A DNA stretch of 64,000 bases from Myxococcota bacterium. Lineage in GTDB: Bacteria > Myxococcota_A > UBA9160 > JAFDDA01. The position numbers were made by a program, and so were the translations under genes. The stretch covers positions 4,544,001-4,608,000 of the forward strand of contig OZ245817.1 in the NCBI GenBank assembly GCA_965228475.1, written 5' to 3'. Below, in pieces: positions 47,972 through 57,548 of the stretch. How positions within the stretch are numbered: position 1 is the first letter of the stretch; every line of letters starts with the position of its first letter. The notes under the pieces are model-generated. The model made no database searches and was not told the origin of the DNA. It saw only the letters and a list, made by a program, of their open reading frames with translations.

Positions 47972-48963
47972 GCGAGGAAGGGATCGACGCGCTCTCGGCG
48001 CGCCTCTTCCGCATCCTCCACCAGGCCCAGCCGGACCGCGCAGTCGAGCAGGAGGATCCGCTCGGAGCCCGGGCGCCGCGGTGCGTCCGGGTGGATGCCG
48101 TCGCCGGGCATGTGCCCCACGATGTGGAGGAACTGCGCCGCCGCGTGCTTGTAGGCCGGGATCGGGACGCGGAAGCCGACGTTGCCCAGGTGCTGGAGCG
48201 CGTCGTTCTGCATCAAGAAGTCCGGGTCTCCCGCGGCGAGAAGGCGGTCGCGCTCGGCGAATCCCTCGGGCGAGAAGGTCGCGAGCCCGAGCAGGTAGTC
48301 GCTGCCGTACGCCACCATGTCGATGGCGAGATCGTTCCCGGTGTAGACGCGGAAGTCGGGGCGGGTACGGTCGCGCAGTGCGAGCCGCGCGAGCTCGGTG
48401 CCCCGATCGAGCGAGGAGTGCTTCGCGCCGCGCAGGCCCGGGATCTCGATCAGCCGCGCGAAGGTCTCCGCGTCCCAGATCTCACCGTGGGGGGCGAAGC
48501 GCGGCGAAAGCTCGAAGCCGACGGCGCCGTCGGCCGTGGCGCCGACGACCTTCGCATAGAGATCGGCCTTCTCGGCAGCGGCCATGCCATGCATCGCGCG
48601 GCACTGCACGATCACCGGCCGCGCTCCGCGCCCTTCGATCTCGGCGACGGACTTCGCATAGCCCTCGGCCGGATCGCCGGACCCGGCCGCGTAGGCGCCG
48701 GCATAGAAGGGAACGCCCGGGCCGAGGGCGCGGCGGGTGGCGTCGAGCACGGCACAGCGCTCGTCGAAGGAGAGCAGGTCGCCGAAACCCGTGTCCATGT
48801 TCACCGCGCAGTCGAGACCGGCGTCGCGCGTGCGCACGACATGGCGCTCGAAGCTCTCCCAGTCGACCTCGCCGTCGGCCCCGTAGGGCAGCAGGACGGC
48901 GGCGATGCCGTGGACCTCGCGCGGGGCGAGGCGTGCGAACACCGAGGAAAGACCCTCGCTCAT
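47968..48963 (-). CDS. Dihydrodipicolinate synthase-like (class I aldolase) family protein
   Basis: AVLLPY..DGEVDW, AVNMDTG, GAKHSS (putative Schiff-base Lys), YTGND. Confidence 0.8.
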   Translation of the reverse strand: MSEGLSSVFARLAPREVHGIAAVLLPYGADGEVDWESFERHVVRTRDAGLDCAVNMDTGFGDLLSFDERCAVLDATRRALGPGVPFYAGAYAAGSGDPAEGYAKSVAEIEGRGARPVIVQCRAMHGMAAAEKADLYAKVVGATADGAVGFELSPRFAPHGEIWDAETFARLIEIPGLRGAKHSSLDRGTELARLALRDRTRPDFRVYTGNDLAIDMVAYGSDYLLGLATFSPEGFAERDRLLAAGDPDFLMQNDALQHLGNVGFRVPIPAYKHAAAQFLHIVGHMPGDGIHPDAPRRPGSERILLLDCAVRLGLVEDAEEARRERVDPFLA

Positions 48964-50405
48964 TTCTGCTTCCTCTTGATCTCGTCGAGGCGCTTGCGTT
49001 CTTCCCGCTCCCGATAGAACGGGTCGAGCGGATAGCAGCCCGAGACGAGCCCGTTGCGCGGCGCCGTCGTGCAATCGCTGAAGGTCCGGCACACGAGTTT
49101 GCGGGCGTAGGGGCGGCCCGCGAGCGTATCGGCGGGCAGCTCCGGGTAGCTCAAGACCATGCGGCCGAGGCCGACGGCATCGAACCAGCCCTCGCGCACG
49201 CAGGCCTGGGCCACGTGCGGGAGATATTCCTGGAGGTACGTCCAGCCGCTCGAGACGACGGTGAGCGCCGGGCGCGCACGCTTCAACTCCCGCGCGGCGT
49301 GGAGCAGCCGCGCGACCCCGACGAGCGGATCCTCGGGCGGCTGGTAGCCGTCGCTCGGTGGAAAGAGCGCCGGGCGCTGGAGGTGCGGCGCATAGTACGG
49401 GCTCGAAGCCGTGACGTTCACCCAGCCGACGCCGAGGCCTTCGAGCGTCTGTGCGAAGGCGATGGGTTCGCTGAGATCGATCCGGCCGGGCTCTTCGGGA
49501 TCCAGGCCGAAGCCCACCCGATAGGGCAGCGGATGCAGGTCGGGCGTTCCGGTTCCGTCCGGGCCCGGGCCGTGCGGCACGTGATCGAAGATCGAGAGCC
49601 GCACGCCCACCGGAAGGTCCGGCGCCGCCTTGCGGACCGCGCCCAGGATCGCGCGCGTGATGGCGGTGCGTTCCTCGAGGGATTCGCCGCCGAAGGCGCC
49701 CGCCCGCGAGCGCGCCGAGAGGAACTCGTGGAGCAGATAGCCGTGGCAGTGCTTCACGTCGACGAAGGAGAAGCCGAGCTCCGCGGCGAGGCGTGCGGCC
49801 CGGGCGAAGTGCTCGACGAGCGTCTCGACCTCCTCGTCCGAGAAGACGGCGTCGTCGCTGGTGATCCCGACGCGGCGGTCGAGCACGGGGTGCCGATAGG
49901 CGACGCGCGGCGCCTGGGCACCGTGCGGGCGCGACCACCGGCCGCTGTGGGTGAGCTGCAGGCCGACGACGGGCTGCTCGCGCCCGGCTTCCTCGGCGGC
50001 ATCCCGGAGGGTGGCCAACAGGGGTGCCAGGAACTCGGCGGTCGATTCTCCGAGGACGAGCTGGTTCGGGTTCGCGCGGCCGTCGGGATGAACCGCGACG
50101 GCCTCGCCGCCCCAGATCCAACCCGCGCCCGAGCGGCCGAAGTTCTTCCAGCGCCGCTCGGTGAGGGGCGATGGATGGCCCTCGACCGTGGCGTCCCAGC
50201 CTTCCATCGGCTGGATCACGAAGCGGTTCGGAGCCTCGAGCGGACCTTCGGGCCCGCGGCCCAGGGCCAGGGGCTTCGCGAGCGGCGAGTCGGGCGCCTC
50301 CTCGGGCGCGTCGTCGCACGGAAGCTCGACGCCGAGCGCCTCGAGACGCTGGCGCAGGGCCGCGGCGCTCCGCAGGGAGGCGATGCGCGGGTAGCGGTCG
50401 CTCAC
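48960..50405 (-). CDS. NADH:flavin oxidoreductase (old-yellow-enzyme-like)
   Basis: NRFVIQPMEGWD, GLQLTHSGR, DVKHCHGYLLHEFLS, GLGRMVLSYPE, C-terminal CRTFSDC...GC. Confidence 0.88.
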   Translation of the reverse strand: MSDRYPRIASLRSAAALRQRLEALGVELPCDDAPEEAPDSPLAKPLALGRGPEGPLEAPNRFVIQPMEGWDATVEGHPSPLTERRWKNFGRSGAGWIWGGEAVAVHPDGRANPNQLVLGESTAEFLAPLLATLRDAAEEAGREQPVVGLQLTHSGRWSRPHGAQAPRVAYRHPVLDRRVGITSDDAVFSDEEVETLVEHFARAARLAAELGFSFVDVKHCHGYLLHEFLSARSRAGAFGGESLEERTAITRAILGAVRKAAPDLPVGVRLSIFDHVPHGPGPDGTGTPDLHPLPYRVGFGLDPEEPGRIDLSEPIAFAQTLEGLGVGWVNVTASSPYYAPHLQRPALFPPSDGYQPPEDPLVGVARLLHAARELKRARPALTVVSSGWTYLQEYLPHVAQACVREGWFDAVGLGRMVLSYPELPADTLAGRPYARKLVCRTFSDCTTAPRNGLVSGCYPLDPFYREREERKRLDEIKRKQK

Positions 50406-51211
50406 GGCGCCCCCGCTTCGGCGAGGAGATCGCGAAGGTAGGCGATGTCCGCGGCGAGCTTGCCTTCGAGCGGGCGTTCGTCGAAGGCGACGAACTCGAT
50501 CGAGTAGGGCCCGCGGTATCCGGCCTGCACGGCCGCTCGCAGGATCGGCCCGTAGTCGAGAACCCCGTCGCGAAGATCCCCGCCGAGCACCATCGGCCCG
50601 GACGGCAGCGGGTTCGGGCGGTAGTTCTTCACGTGGAAGTAGCGCGAGCGCGGGATCAGCCGGCTGGCGTCCTCGGGCTGTTTCCCGGCCTCGGACGTCG
50701 GAAGGCCATCGAGCACCTGGTAGTTCAGCACCACGTTCGGGCGGGCGACTTCGTCGAGCAGCGCCTCCGTGCGCTCGATGGTGTCCGCGAAGGTTCCGTT
50801 GTGGCGCTCGACCACGACGTCGATCCCGACCGGGTCCGCGGCCTCGCCGACGGCGCGCAGGTACGCGACGACGTCGGCGCGGTGCGCATCGTCCGCACCC
50901 TGGGCGTGGCCCGCCCAGACCCGCAGGAGGCGCGTCTCGAGCACGTGGGCCCGTTCGACCTCCCGGCGGACGGAATCTTCGTAGCCGGGCCCGCCGTAGG
51001 AGAGGTAGGAGCCGTAGGCCGTCACTTCGAGGCCCGCGCTCCGGATGCGCCGCCCGATCTCCGCGACGTCCTCGAGGCTCGCCTTCGCGTCGAGGTGCGG
51101 CGCCCGCGCAGTGATCTCGATGCCGTCCGCACCGCAGCGGCCCGCGAGCGCGACGGCGTCGGCGAGAGAACGGTCCATGGCCGAGATGGAGCAGAAGGAA
51201 ACGGTCGGCAA
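50402..51211 (-). CDS. Sugar phosphate isomerase/epimerase (xylose-isomerase-like TIM barrel)
   Basis: GADGIE, RVWAG, VERH, HVKN, GYRGPYSIEF. Confidence 0.85.
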   Translation of the reverse strand: MPTVSFCSISAMDRSLADAVALAGRCGADGIEITARAPHLDAKASLEDVAEIGRRIRSAGLEVTAYGSYLSYGGPGYEDSVRREVERAHVLETRLLRVWAGHAQGADDAHRADVVAYLRAVGEAADPVGIDVVVERHNGTFADTIERTEALLDEVARPNVVLNYQVLDGLPTSEAGKQPEDASRLIPRSRYFHVKNYRPNPLPSGPMVLGGDLRDGVLDYGPILRAAVQAGYRGPYSIEFVAFDERPLEGKLAADIAYLRDLLAEAGAP

Positions 51212-51223
51212 AACGCGGGGCTC

Positions 51224-52234
51224 CTAGGCGATCCGGTCCCAGTCTTCGCGGCGCACTTCGTGTTCGAGCGGTTCGCTGCGGACGAAGCGCTCCAGTTCGT
51301 CGATGGCGAGGGTCATCATCCGCTGGGTCTCGGACCCCTGGCTCCCGGCGATGTGCGGCGTCAGGAAGACGTTGTCGAGATCGTAGAGCGGGGACTCCGG
51401 CGGCAGCAGCTCGGGCTCGGTCGTGTCGATCACGGCGTCGATCCGGCCGGAGACGAGCTCCTCGGTCAGCGCTTCGTGGTCCACGAGCGCGCCGCGGGCG
51501 GTGTTCACGAAGACGGTGCCATCGCGCAGCAGCCCGAGCCGGCGGCGATCGATCATGTGGCGCGTCTCCGGAAGGGACGGCGCGTGGAGGCTCACCACGT
51601 CCGAGCGCGACAGCAGGGCATCGAGCTCGCACGCCTCGGCCCCCATCGCCCGGGCCTCCTCCGCAGCGAGGTACGGGTCGTGGATCAGGAGTTCGAGGTC
51701 GAAACCGCGAAGCCGCTCGGCGACCATGCGGCCAATGCGCGATGCCCCGACCAGGCCGACGGTCTTCGCGTGGTTCCCGATGCCCGGCAGCTCCTTCGAC
51801 CACAGCCGGTAGCTCCGCACCTCGCGGTAGAGGCGCTGGGCACGGAACGCCCGTTTGTTCGCGAACACGATGGCCGCGACGGTGAACTCCGCCACCGGGA
51901 TCGCGTTGGCGTACGCCGCCGAGGTGATGCGGAGGCCGCGGTCGAAGCAATCGGGCGTGACGTGGTTCTTCACCGTACCTGCGGCGTGGAAGATCGCCCG
52001 AAGCTTCGGCATCCGCTCGAGCACCCGGGCATCGACGGGCGGGCAGCCCCAGCTCGAGAGCACGATCTCGACCCGCCCGAGGTGCTCGGCCGCCGCCGGG
52101 TCGTCGAAGTTCGGGATCGACTCCGGGAGGACCGGCTCGGAGACCGCCGCGAGCCGCTCCCGGTGCGCGGCGGTGAGCTGCCCGCGGTTCAAGGCGGCCG
52201 CGAACACCATCAGGAGGGGGGGCTTGTCGCTCAT
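51224..52234 (-). CDS. D-2-hydroxyacid dehydrogenase family protein
   Basis: HAAGTVK, VGLVGASRIGR, VNTARG, D..EPE, LTPHIAGS. Confidence 0.9.
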   Translation of the reverse strand: MSDKPPLLMVFAAALNRGQLTAAHRERLAAVSEPVLPESIPNFDDPAAAEHLGRVEIVLSSWGCPPVDARVLERMPKLRAIFHAAGTVKNHVTPDCFDRGLRITSAAYANAIPVAEFTVAAIVFANKRAFRAQRLYREVRSYRLWSKELPGIGNHAKTVGLVGASRIGRMVAERLRGFDLELLIHDPYLAAEEARAMGAEACELDALLSRSDVVSLHAPSLPETRHMIDRRRLGLLRDGTVFVNTARGALVDHEALTEELVSGRIDAVIDTTEPELLPPESPLYDLDNVFLTPHIAGSQGSETQRMMTLAIDELERFVRSEPLEHEVRREDWDRIA

Positions 52235-52246
52235 GGCCCGGCCAGC

Positions 52247-52684
52247 CTACGGGAGGAGCACGAAGCCGGCCACCGCCGCGGCCCCGGCCGCGAGGACCGC
52301 CGCCAGGCCGAGGCGCCCGTGCAGCGCCGCGACGTCGAGGCGCCCCTGCTCGGCCTGGCGGCCGAGCACCGCCACCGCCACGAACAGCGCCAGGGCGATC
52401 ACACCGAGCGCGGCGTGGAGCGTTCCGAACGGTTCGCGGTCGCGAAGGAGCCACATCGAGAGCGGCCCTCCGGCGAATCCGATCACGACCAGCAGCACCG
52501 TCGGCCGCGCCAGGCGGATGTGGGCTTTGCGAAGCTCCGAGATCGCGCCGTGCCCACGCGCCCGGGCGCGGCGAACCGCCACGCCGGCACGCAGCGCCGC
52601 GAGCGCCAGAGCCAGGACCGCCACCATGAAGAGCGGGTGCCCGTAGGCCAGCGCTTCGCGCGCGCCGTCGGAGAGGCCGCCCAG
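52247..52684 (-). CDS. DUF4079-like membrane protein (start uncertain: CTG 52684 or ATG 52627)
   Basis: 4 TM with spaced His: AYGHPLFM, KAHIRL, TLHAALG, ALHGRLG. Confidence 0.7.
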   Translation of the reverse strand: MGGLSDGAREALAYGHPLFMVAVLALALAALRAGVAVRRARARGHGAISELRKAHIRLARPTVLLVVIGFAGGPLSMWLLRDREPFGTLHAALGVIALALFVAVAVLGRQAEQGRLDVAALHGRLGLAAVLAAGAAAVAGFVLLP

Positions 52685-53410
52685 CTACTCGACCTTGTAG
52701 ACGGCCTCGTCCCCGAGGCGCCGGAGCAGGTCGTCGAGGGCGTCCTGCAGGTAGCCCGCGTCGCGGGACTCGAGCGTCAGCAGGACGTGGAAGCGCTCCT
52801 CCCCGATCTTCGGGTAGGAGCCGAGCATGAGCTGCGGATACTCGCCGAGCAGCTCGTGCAGGTCCTGGGCGATCGCACTCTCGTGCTGCCGCACGTAGAC
52901 CCGCTTCAGCAGGAAGGGGATGCCGCGGAAGCGCTCGCGGATCGCCTCGAACTTCTTGCGCAGAAGCTCCGGAATACCAGGGAAGATGTGCACGTTCTCG
53001 ACGATGATCACCGGGAACCAGAGATCGCCCGCGTCGATCAGCGTCGAGTCCGCCGGGATGCGCGCCATCTTGAGCTGACTCTCGTTCGGCTTGCCGGCCT
53101 GGGCACGCTCGAGCCGGCCGACGATCGACGGGTTCAGCTCGAGCGGGCGGTCGAAGGCGGCGGCGATGCCGTCGAGGGTGAGGTCGTCGTGGGTCGGCCC
53201 GACACCGCCCGAGGTGAAGACGAAGTCGTACGCCTCGCTCATCGCCCGCGTCTCCTTGGCGATGAGATCGATCTCGTCGGGGATGGTTAGGATGCGCTCG
53301 ACGTCCACGCCGAGGCTGCGCAGCTCGCGGCACAGGTAGGGAGAGTTCGTGTCCACCACCTTGCCCGAAAGGATCTCGTTTCCGATGACGAGGATTCCCG
53401 CGGTCGGCAT
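52685..53410 (-). CDS. Molybdopterin-binding/CinA N-terminal (MCF) domain protein
   Basis: ILVIGNEILSGKVVDTNS, TSGGVGPTHDDLT, FPGIP, GSYP; lacks a CinA C-terminal deamidase domain. Confidence 0.9.
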   Translation of the reverse strand: MPTAGILVIGNEILSGKVVDTNSPYLCRELRSLGVDVERILTIPDEIDLIAKETRAMSEAYDFVFTSGGVGPTHDDLTLDGIAAAFDRPLELNPSIVGRLERAQAGKPNESQLKMARIPADSTLIDAGDLWFPVIIVENVHIFPGIPELLRKKFEAIRERFRGIPFLLKRVYVRQHESAIAQDLHELLGEYPQLMLGSYPKIGEERFHVLLTLESRDAGYLQDALDDLLRRLGDEAVYKVE

Positions 53411-53519
53411 CGCGGCGAAGACTAACCCGAAAGCCGGGGGGGCGCCTGCGCGGCCGGCGACGGGGAGCCCATGCGGCGGGCCGATTTGCCGAGGTGCCCC
53501 CCTCGCGTATGATGCCCGG

Positions 53520-53801
53520 GTGCTGGTGGAGATCCGCTTCCAACCCTCCGGGCGCACGGTCCGCGTACCGGCCGGAACGACGCTGCTCGACGCAGCGCGC
53601 CAGGCCGGGCTGCCCGCGGCCCGCGCCTGCGGGGGCGAGCTCCTCTGCGGGCGCTGCTCCTGCGACGTCGGCGCCGGCGCGCCGCCCGAGTCTGAAGCCG
53701 AGCGGCGCACGAAGAAGAGAAACCGCGTGGACCCGGGGCGCCGGCTCTCCTGCGCGATCCGCATCGAGAACGACCTGGTCGCCACGGCCCCAGGCTGGTG
53801 A
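53520..53801 (+). CDS. 2Fe-2S ferredoxin
   Basis: GTTLLDAA, CGGELLCGRC...RLSC; TTGCCG and TATGAT promoter elements, with the -10 lying 6 nt before GTG. Confidence 0.85.
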   Translation: MLVEIRFQPSGRTVRVPAGTTLLDAARQAGLPAARACGGELLCGRCSCDVGAGAPPESEAERRTKKRNRVDPGRRLSCAIRIENDLVATAPGW

Positions 53802-53839
53802 GCGGGCGCCCGGGGCGGCGCCGGTTCGAGGAGTAGGAG

Positions 53840-54772
53840 ATGAAGGGGATCCGGATCGGAACGGGCGTCGCGGACACCGGGCGCGAAGGCAGCGTCGACG
53901 CACTCGTCGATCAGGTGAAGGCCGTCGAGGCCGCGGGCTTCCAGGCCGCATGGCTCCCGAACATCTTCAACTTCGACGCGCTCACCCTGGCCGCCCTGGC
54001 CGGCCGCGAGACGAGCCGGATCGAGCTCGGCACCGCCGTGGCCGTCACGCACTCGCGCCACCCCTACTACATGGCCCAGCAAGCCGCTTCGACCAACGCG
54101 GCCTGCGGCGGGCGGCTCGTACTCGGCATCGGCCCGAGCCACCAGGTCGTGATCGAGAACATGATGGGCCTCTCCTACGAGAAGCCCGCCCGCCACGTGC
54201 GTGAGTACCTCGAGGTGCTCGGCCCGCTCGTCGAGAAGGGCCAGGTCGGCTTCGAGGGCGAGGTCTACAAGGTGCAGGCGAGCCTCCAGGTCTCGGGTGC
54301 TTCGCCCTTCCCGGTGGTGATCGGCGGCCTCGGCCCGGTGATGCGCAAACTCGCGGGCCGTCTCGCGGGCGGCAGCATCACCTGGATGACCGGGCCGAAG
54401 ACCCTCGGCGAACTGATCGTGCCGGACGTCGTCGCCGCCTCGGAGAAGGCCGGCAAGTCCGCGCCGCGCATCGTCGCCGGTTTCCCCGTCTGCCTGACGA
54501 ACGACGAGGAAGGCGCGCGCAAGCTCGCCGGGAAGCTCTTCGCGACCTACGGAACGCTGCCCTCCTACAAGGCGATGATCGAGCACGAAGGCGCCTCGGG
54601 CCCGGGCGACATCGCCATGGTCGGCGACGAGCAGGCGCTCGAAGCGGGCGTGCAGCGGCTCGTCGACGCGGGCGTGACGGACTGGAACGCCAACGTCTTC
54701 CCCTTCGGCGACGACCGCGCGGCCTCGATGGCGCGCACCACCGAGTTCCTCGCGGATCTCGCAAAGCGCTAG
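53840..54772 (+). CDS. LLM-class (probably F420-dependent) oxidoreductase
   Basis: ETSRIELGTAV, GRLVLGIGPSH, GLGPVM, YGTLPSY. Confidence 0.9.
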   Translation: MKGIRIGTGVADTGREGSVDALVDQVKAVEAAGFQAAWLPNIFNFDALTLAALAGRETSRIELGTAVAVTHSRHPYYMAQQAASTNAACGGRLVLGIGPSHQVVIENMMGLSYEKPARHVREYLEVLGPLVEKGQVGFEGEVYKVQASLQVSGASPFPVVIGGLGPVMRKLAGRLAGGSITWMTGPKTLGELIVPDVVAASEKAGKSAPRIVAGFPVCLTNDEEGARKLAGKLFATYGTLPSYKAMIEHEGASGPGDIAMVGDEQALEAGVQRLVDAGVTDWNANVFPFGDDRAASMARTTEFLADLAKR

Positions 54773-54782
54773 CGGAGCCTCC

Positions 54783-55952
54783 GTGTCCAAGGACGACGAT
54801 CTCGATTTCGCCACCCGGGCGATCCATGCCGGCCAGGAGCCGGACGAAGCCACGGGCGCCACGGTCGTTCCCGTCTACCAGACGACGACCTATACGCAGG
54901 CCGGTGTCGGCGACCACAAGGGATACGAGTACTCCCGCGGCGACAACCCGACCCGGGCGGCGCTCGAGACCTGCCTCGCCGCCCTCGAGGGCGCGCGCTT
55001 CGGGTTGGCCTACGGCTCGGGCATGGCGGCCATCACCGGGGCGATGCAGATGGTCGGGGCGGGCGACCACGTCGTGGTCGCGGACGATCTCTACGGCGGG
55101 ACGTACCGGCTCTTCACCGAGATCCTGCCGAGCTACGGCGTCGAGTTCACCTGGGTCGACGCGACGCGGCCCGAGGAGGTCGAGAAGGCCTGCCGCCCGG
55201 ACACCAAGGTCGTCTGGATCGAGAGCCCGACGAACCCGATGCTGCGGCTCGTCGACGTGGCGGCGTGCGTGGAGATCGCGCACCGCAACGGTGCGCGCCT
55301 CGTCATCGACAACACCTTCGCGACGCCCTTCCTGCAGCAGCCGCTCTCGCTCGGTGCGGACGTCGTCATCCACTCGACGACGAAGTGGATCTCGGGCCAC
55401 TCGGACGTGCTCGGCGGCGCGCTCCTCACGAGCGACGAAGCGCTGAAGGATCGGCTCTCCTTCGCACGCAACGCGACGGGCGGCATCCCGGGCGCCTTCG
55501 ACTGCTGGCTCACCCTGCGCGGGGCGAAGACGCTGGCCGTCCGCATGCGCGAACACTGCAAGAACGCACGGGCGATCGCGGAGTTCATGCGCGGCCGGCC
55601 GGAGGTCTCGCGCGTCCACTACCCGGGCCTCGCCGACCACCCGGGCCACACGCTGGCCGCCCGGCAGATGGCGGACTTCGGCGCCGTCGTGACCGTGGAT
55701 CTCGCGGGCGACGGCGAGATGGCGCGCCGCTTCGCCGGCGCGACCGAGCTCTTCGCCCTGACCGAAGGGCTCGGCGGCGTCGAATCGCAGATCGGCTACC
55801 CCTGGCACATGAGCCACGGCTCGTTCCCGGCGGAAGAGAAGCTCCGCAAGGGCATCACCGAATCGACCGTGCGCCTCGCCGTCGGCATCGAAGGCGCGGA
55901 CGATCTTTGCGCGGATCTCGGCCGGGCTCTCGAGCGCGCCACACGGGAATGA
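54783..55952 (+). CDS. Cystathionine gamma-synthase/gamma-lyase family PLP enzyme
   Basis: YSRGDNPT, SGMAA, DLYGGT, IESPTNP, DNTFATP, HSTTKWISGHSD, RLAVGIE. Confidence 0.93.
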   Translation: MSKDDDLDFATRAIHAGQEPDEATGATVVPVYQTTTYTQAGVGDHKGYEYSRGDNPTRAALETCLAALEGARFGLAYGSGMAAITGAMQMVGAGDHVVVADDLYGGTYRLFTEILPSYGVEFTWVDATRPEEVEKACRPDTKVVWIESPTNPMLRLVDVAACVEIAHRNGARLVIDNTFATPFLQQPLSLGADVVIHSTTKWISGHSDVLGGALLTSDEALKDRLSFARNATGGIPGAFDCWLTLRGAKTLAVRMREHCKNARAIAEFMRGRPEVSRVHYPGLADHPGHTLAARQMADFGAVVTVDLAGDGEMARRFAGATELFALTEGLGGVESQIGYPWHMSHGSFPAEEKLRKGITESTVRLAVGIEGADDLCADLGRALERATRE

Positions 55953-56308
55953 AGCGCGCCGTGCTGCTGGTCGATCACGGCAGCCGCCGTGCCGAGGCGA
56001 ACGATCTCGTCGAGCGCCTCGCCGACGCCCTGCGCGACCGCGTCGACCACGTCGTCCACACGGCGCATCTCGAGATCGTCGAGCCGGACATCGCGGCCGG
56101 AATCGACGCCTGCGTCGCGGACGGCGCTGCGGACATCACCGTCCTCCCGTGCTTCCTCGCGCCGGGCCGCCACACCATCGAGGACGTCCCGGCCCAGGCG
56201 ACGGAGGCCGCCGCCCGACACCGAGGCGTGACCGTCCGCGTGGCCGAACCCATCGGCACCCACCCGATGCTGATCGAGATCCTCCTCGACCGCCTGGAGC
56301 TGCGATAG
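55949..56308 (+). CDS. Single-domain CbiX/SirB chelatase-like protein
   Basis: LVDHGSR, AHLE, PCFLAPGRH. Confidence 0.88.
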   Translation: MKRAVLLVDHGSRRAEANDLVERLADALRDRVDHVVHTAHLEIVEPDIAAGIDACVADGAADITVLPCFLAPGRHTIEDVPAQATEAAARHRGVTVRVAEPIGTHPMLIEILLDRLELR

Positions 56309-56345
56309 ACTCGCGCGGCGTCGTCCCCGAAAAACCCGAGTTCCC

Positions 56346-57548
56346 ATGCGCGTCGAGTTTCGCCTTGGCCTGGTCTGGTTCCTGTACTTCGCCGGCTTCG
56401 GCCTCTATTTCCCGTTCTGGAGCCTCTACCTGACGGAGAACGCCGGGCTCTCCGGCGGCCAGGCCGGGTTCGTGATCGCGGCGCTCTCGCTGATGGGCAT
56501 GCTTTCCCAACCCTTCTGGGGGCAGATCGCCGACCGCACGGGTTCGCGCACGCGCGTCATGGGCATCATCGCCCTCGGCGCGGGCGTCGGGTTCCTTGGC
56601 CTCTTCCTCGCACGCGGCTTCCTCCAGCTCCTGTTCGCGAACGCGCTGTTCGCCGCGTTCCACACCGCGATGATGCCGATGACCGTCGCCGTGAGCCTCG
56701 CCCTCCTGCGCGACCACAGCCACCACACCTTCGGCATCGTGCGGAGCCTCGGCACGATCTCCTTCGTCGTGATGGCCCTGGCCTTCCCGCGCCTGCTCGA
56801 CGCCGCCCAGGCCGACCGCGGCTGGAATGCCGTCCCGGGCGGCCCCTCGGAACCGGGGCTCGAATGGATGTTCCCCGTCTCGGCGGCCTTCGCCCTGCTC
56901 GCCGCCCTCGCCACGCTCACGCTCCCGCGCACCGGCGCCGTCTCCATGCAGGCGGCGCGCGGCGATTGGCGTGCCCTGCTTCGGCACGGCCCCTACGTCC
57001 GGCTCGCCCTCTTCTCGATCGCGGCCTACTTCTTCACGCACGCGCCGATGCTCTTCTTCCCGAGCCTGGTCACGGCGAGCGGCGGCACGCTCGAGACCGT
57101 GAGCAACATGTGGCTCCCGATGGTCGCGCTCGAGATTCCGGGCCTGATGCTCTCGGGCGTCCTCTTCCAGCGCTTCGGCCCGCGCGGCCTGATGGCGATC
57201 GGCCTCTTTGCGGTGGCCCTGCGCTGGACGCTCTCCGGCTTCGCACCGAGCCTCCCGCTCCTCTACGCGACGTCCTTCCTGCACGGCGTCACGGTGGCGG
57301 GGCTGATGATGGGGACGCCGCTCTACATCGAAGCCGCGGTCCCCGAGCGCCTGCGCGCCACGGGACAGGGCCTCATCGCCGCCTGCGTGCACTTCGGCGC
57401 GATGATGTCCTCCCTCGTCGCCGGGCAGCTGATCGACGCCTTCGACATCGAGATGCCGTACAAGGTCGGAGGTCTCGCCTCCTTCGCGCTGCTGCTGCTG
57501 ATGCCGTGGATCCTGCCGCCGCCGCACCGGCCGGAGGGCGAGAGCTAG
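56346..57548 (+). CDS. MFS transporter (nucleoside/HcaT-like)
   Basis: About 12 TM; YFPFWSLYL, PFWGQIADRTG, VRSLGT. Confidence 0.88.
   Translation: MRVEFRLGLVWFLYFAGFGLYFPFWSLYLTENAGLSGGQAGFVIAALSLMGMLSQPFWGQIADRTGSRTRVMGIIALGAGVGFLGLFLARGFLQLLFANALFAAFHTAMMPMTVAVSLALLRDHSHHTFGIVRSLGTISFVVMALAFPRLLDAAQADRGWNAVPGGPSEPGLEWMFPVSAAFALLAALATLTLPRTGAVSMQAARGDWRALLRHGPYVRLALFSIAAYFFTHAPMLFFPSLVTASGGTLETVSNMWLPMVALEIPGLMLSGVLFQRFGPRGLMAIGLFAVALRWTLSGFAPSLPLLYATSFLHGVTVAGLMMGTPLYIEAAVPERLRATGQGLIAACVHFGAMMSSLVAGQLIDAFDIEMPYKVGGLASFALLLLMPWILPPPHRPEGES

Noticed and set aside
48960..53951. 1663-aa minus-strand ORF
   Set aside because: Only the C-terminal 481 aa are the flavin oxidoreductase; the rest is an Arg/Pro-rich off-frame reading of other genes.
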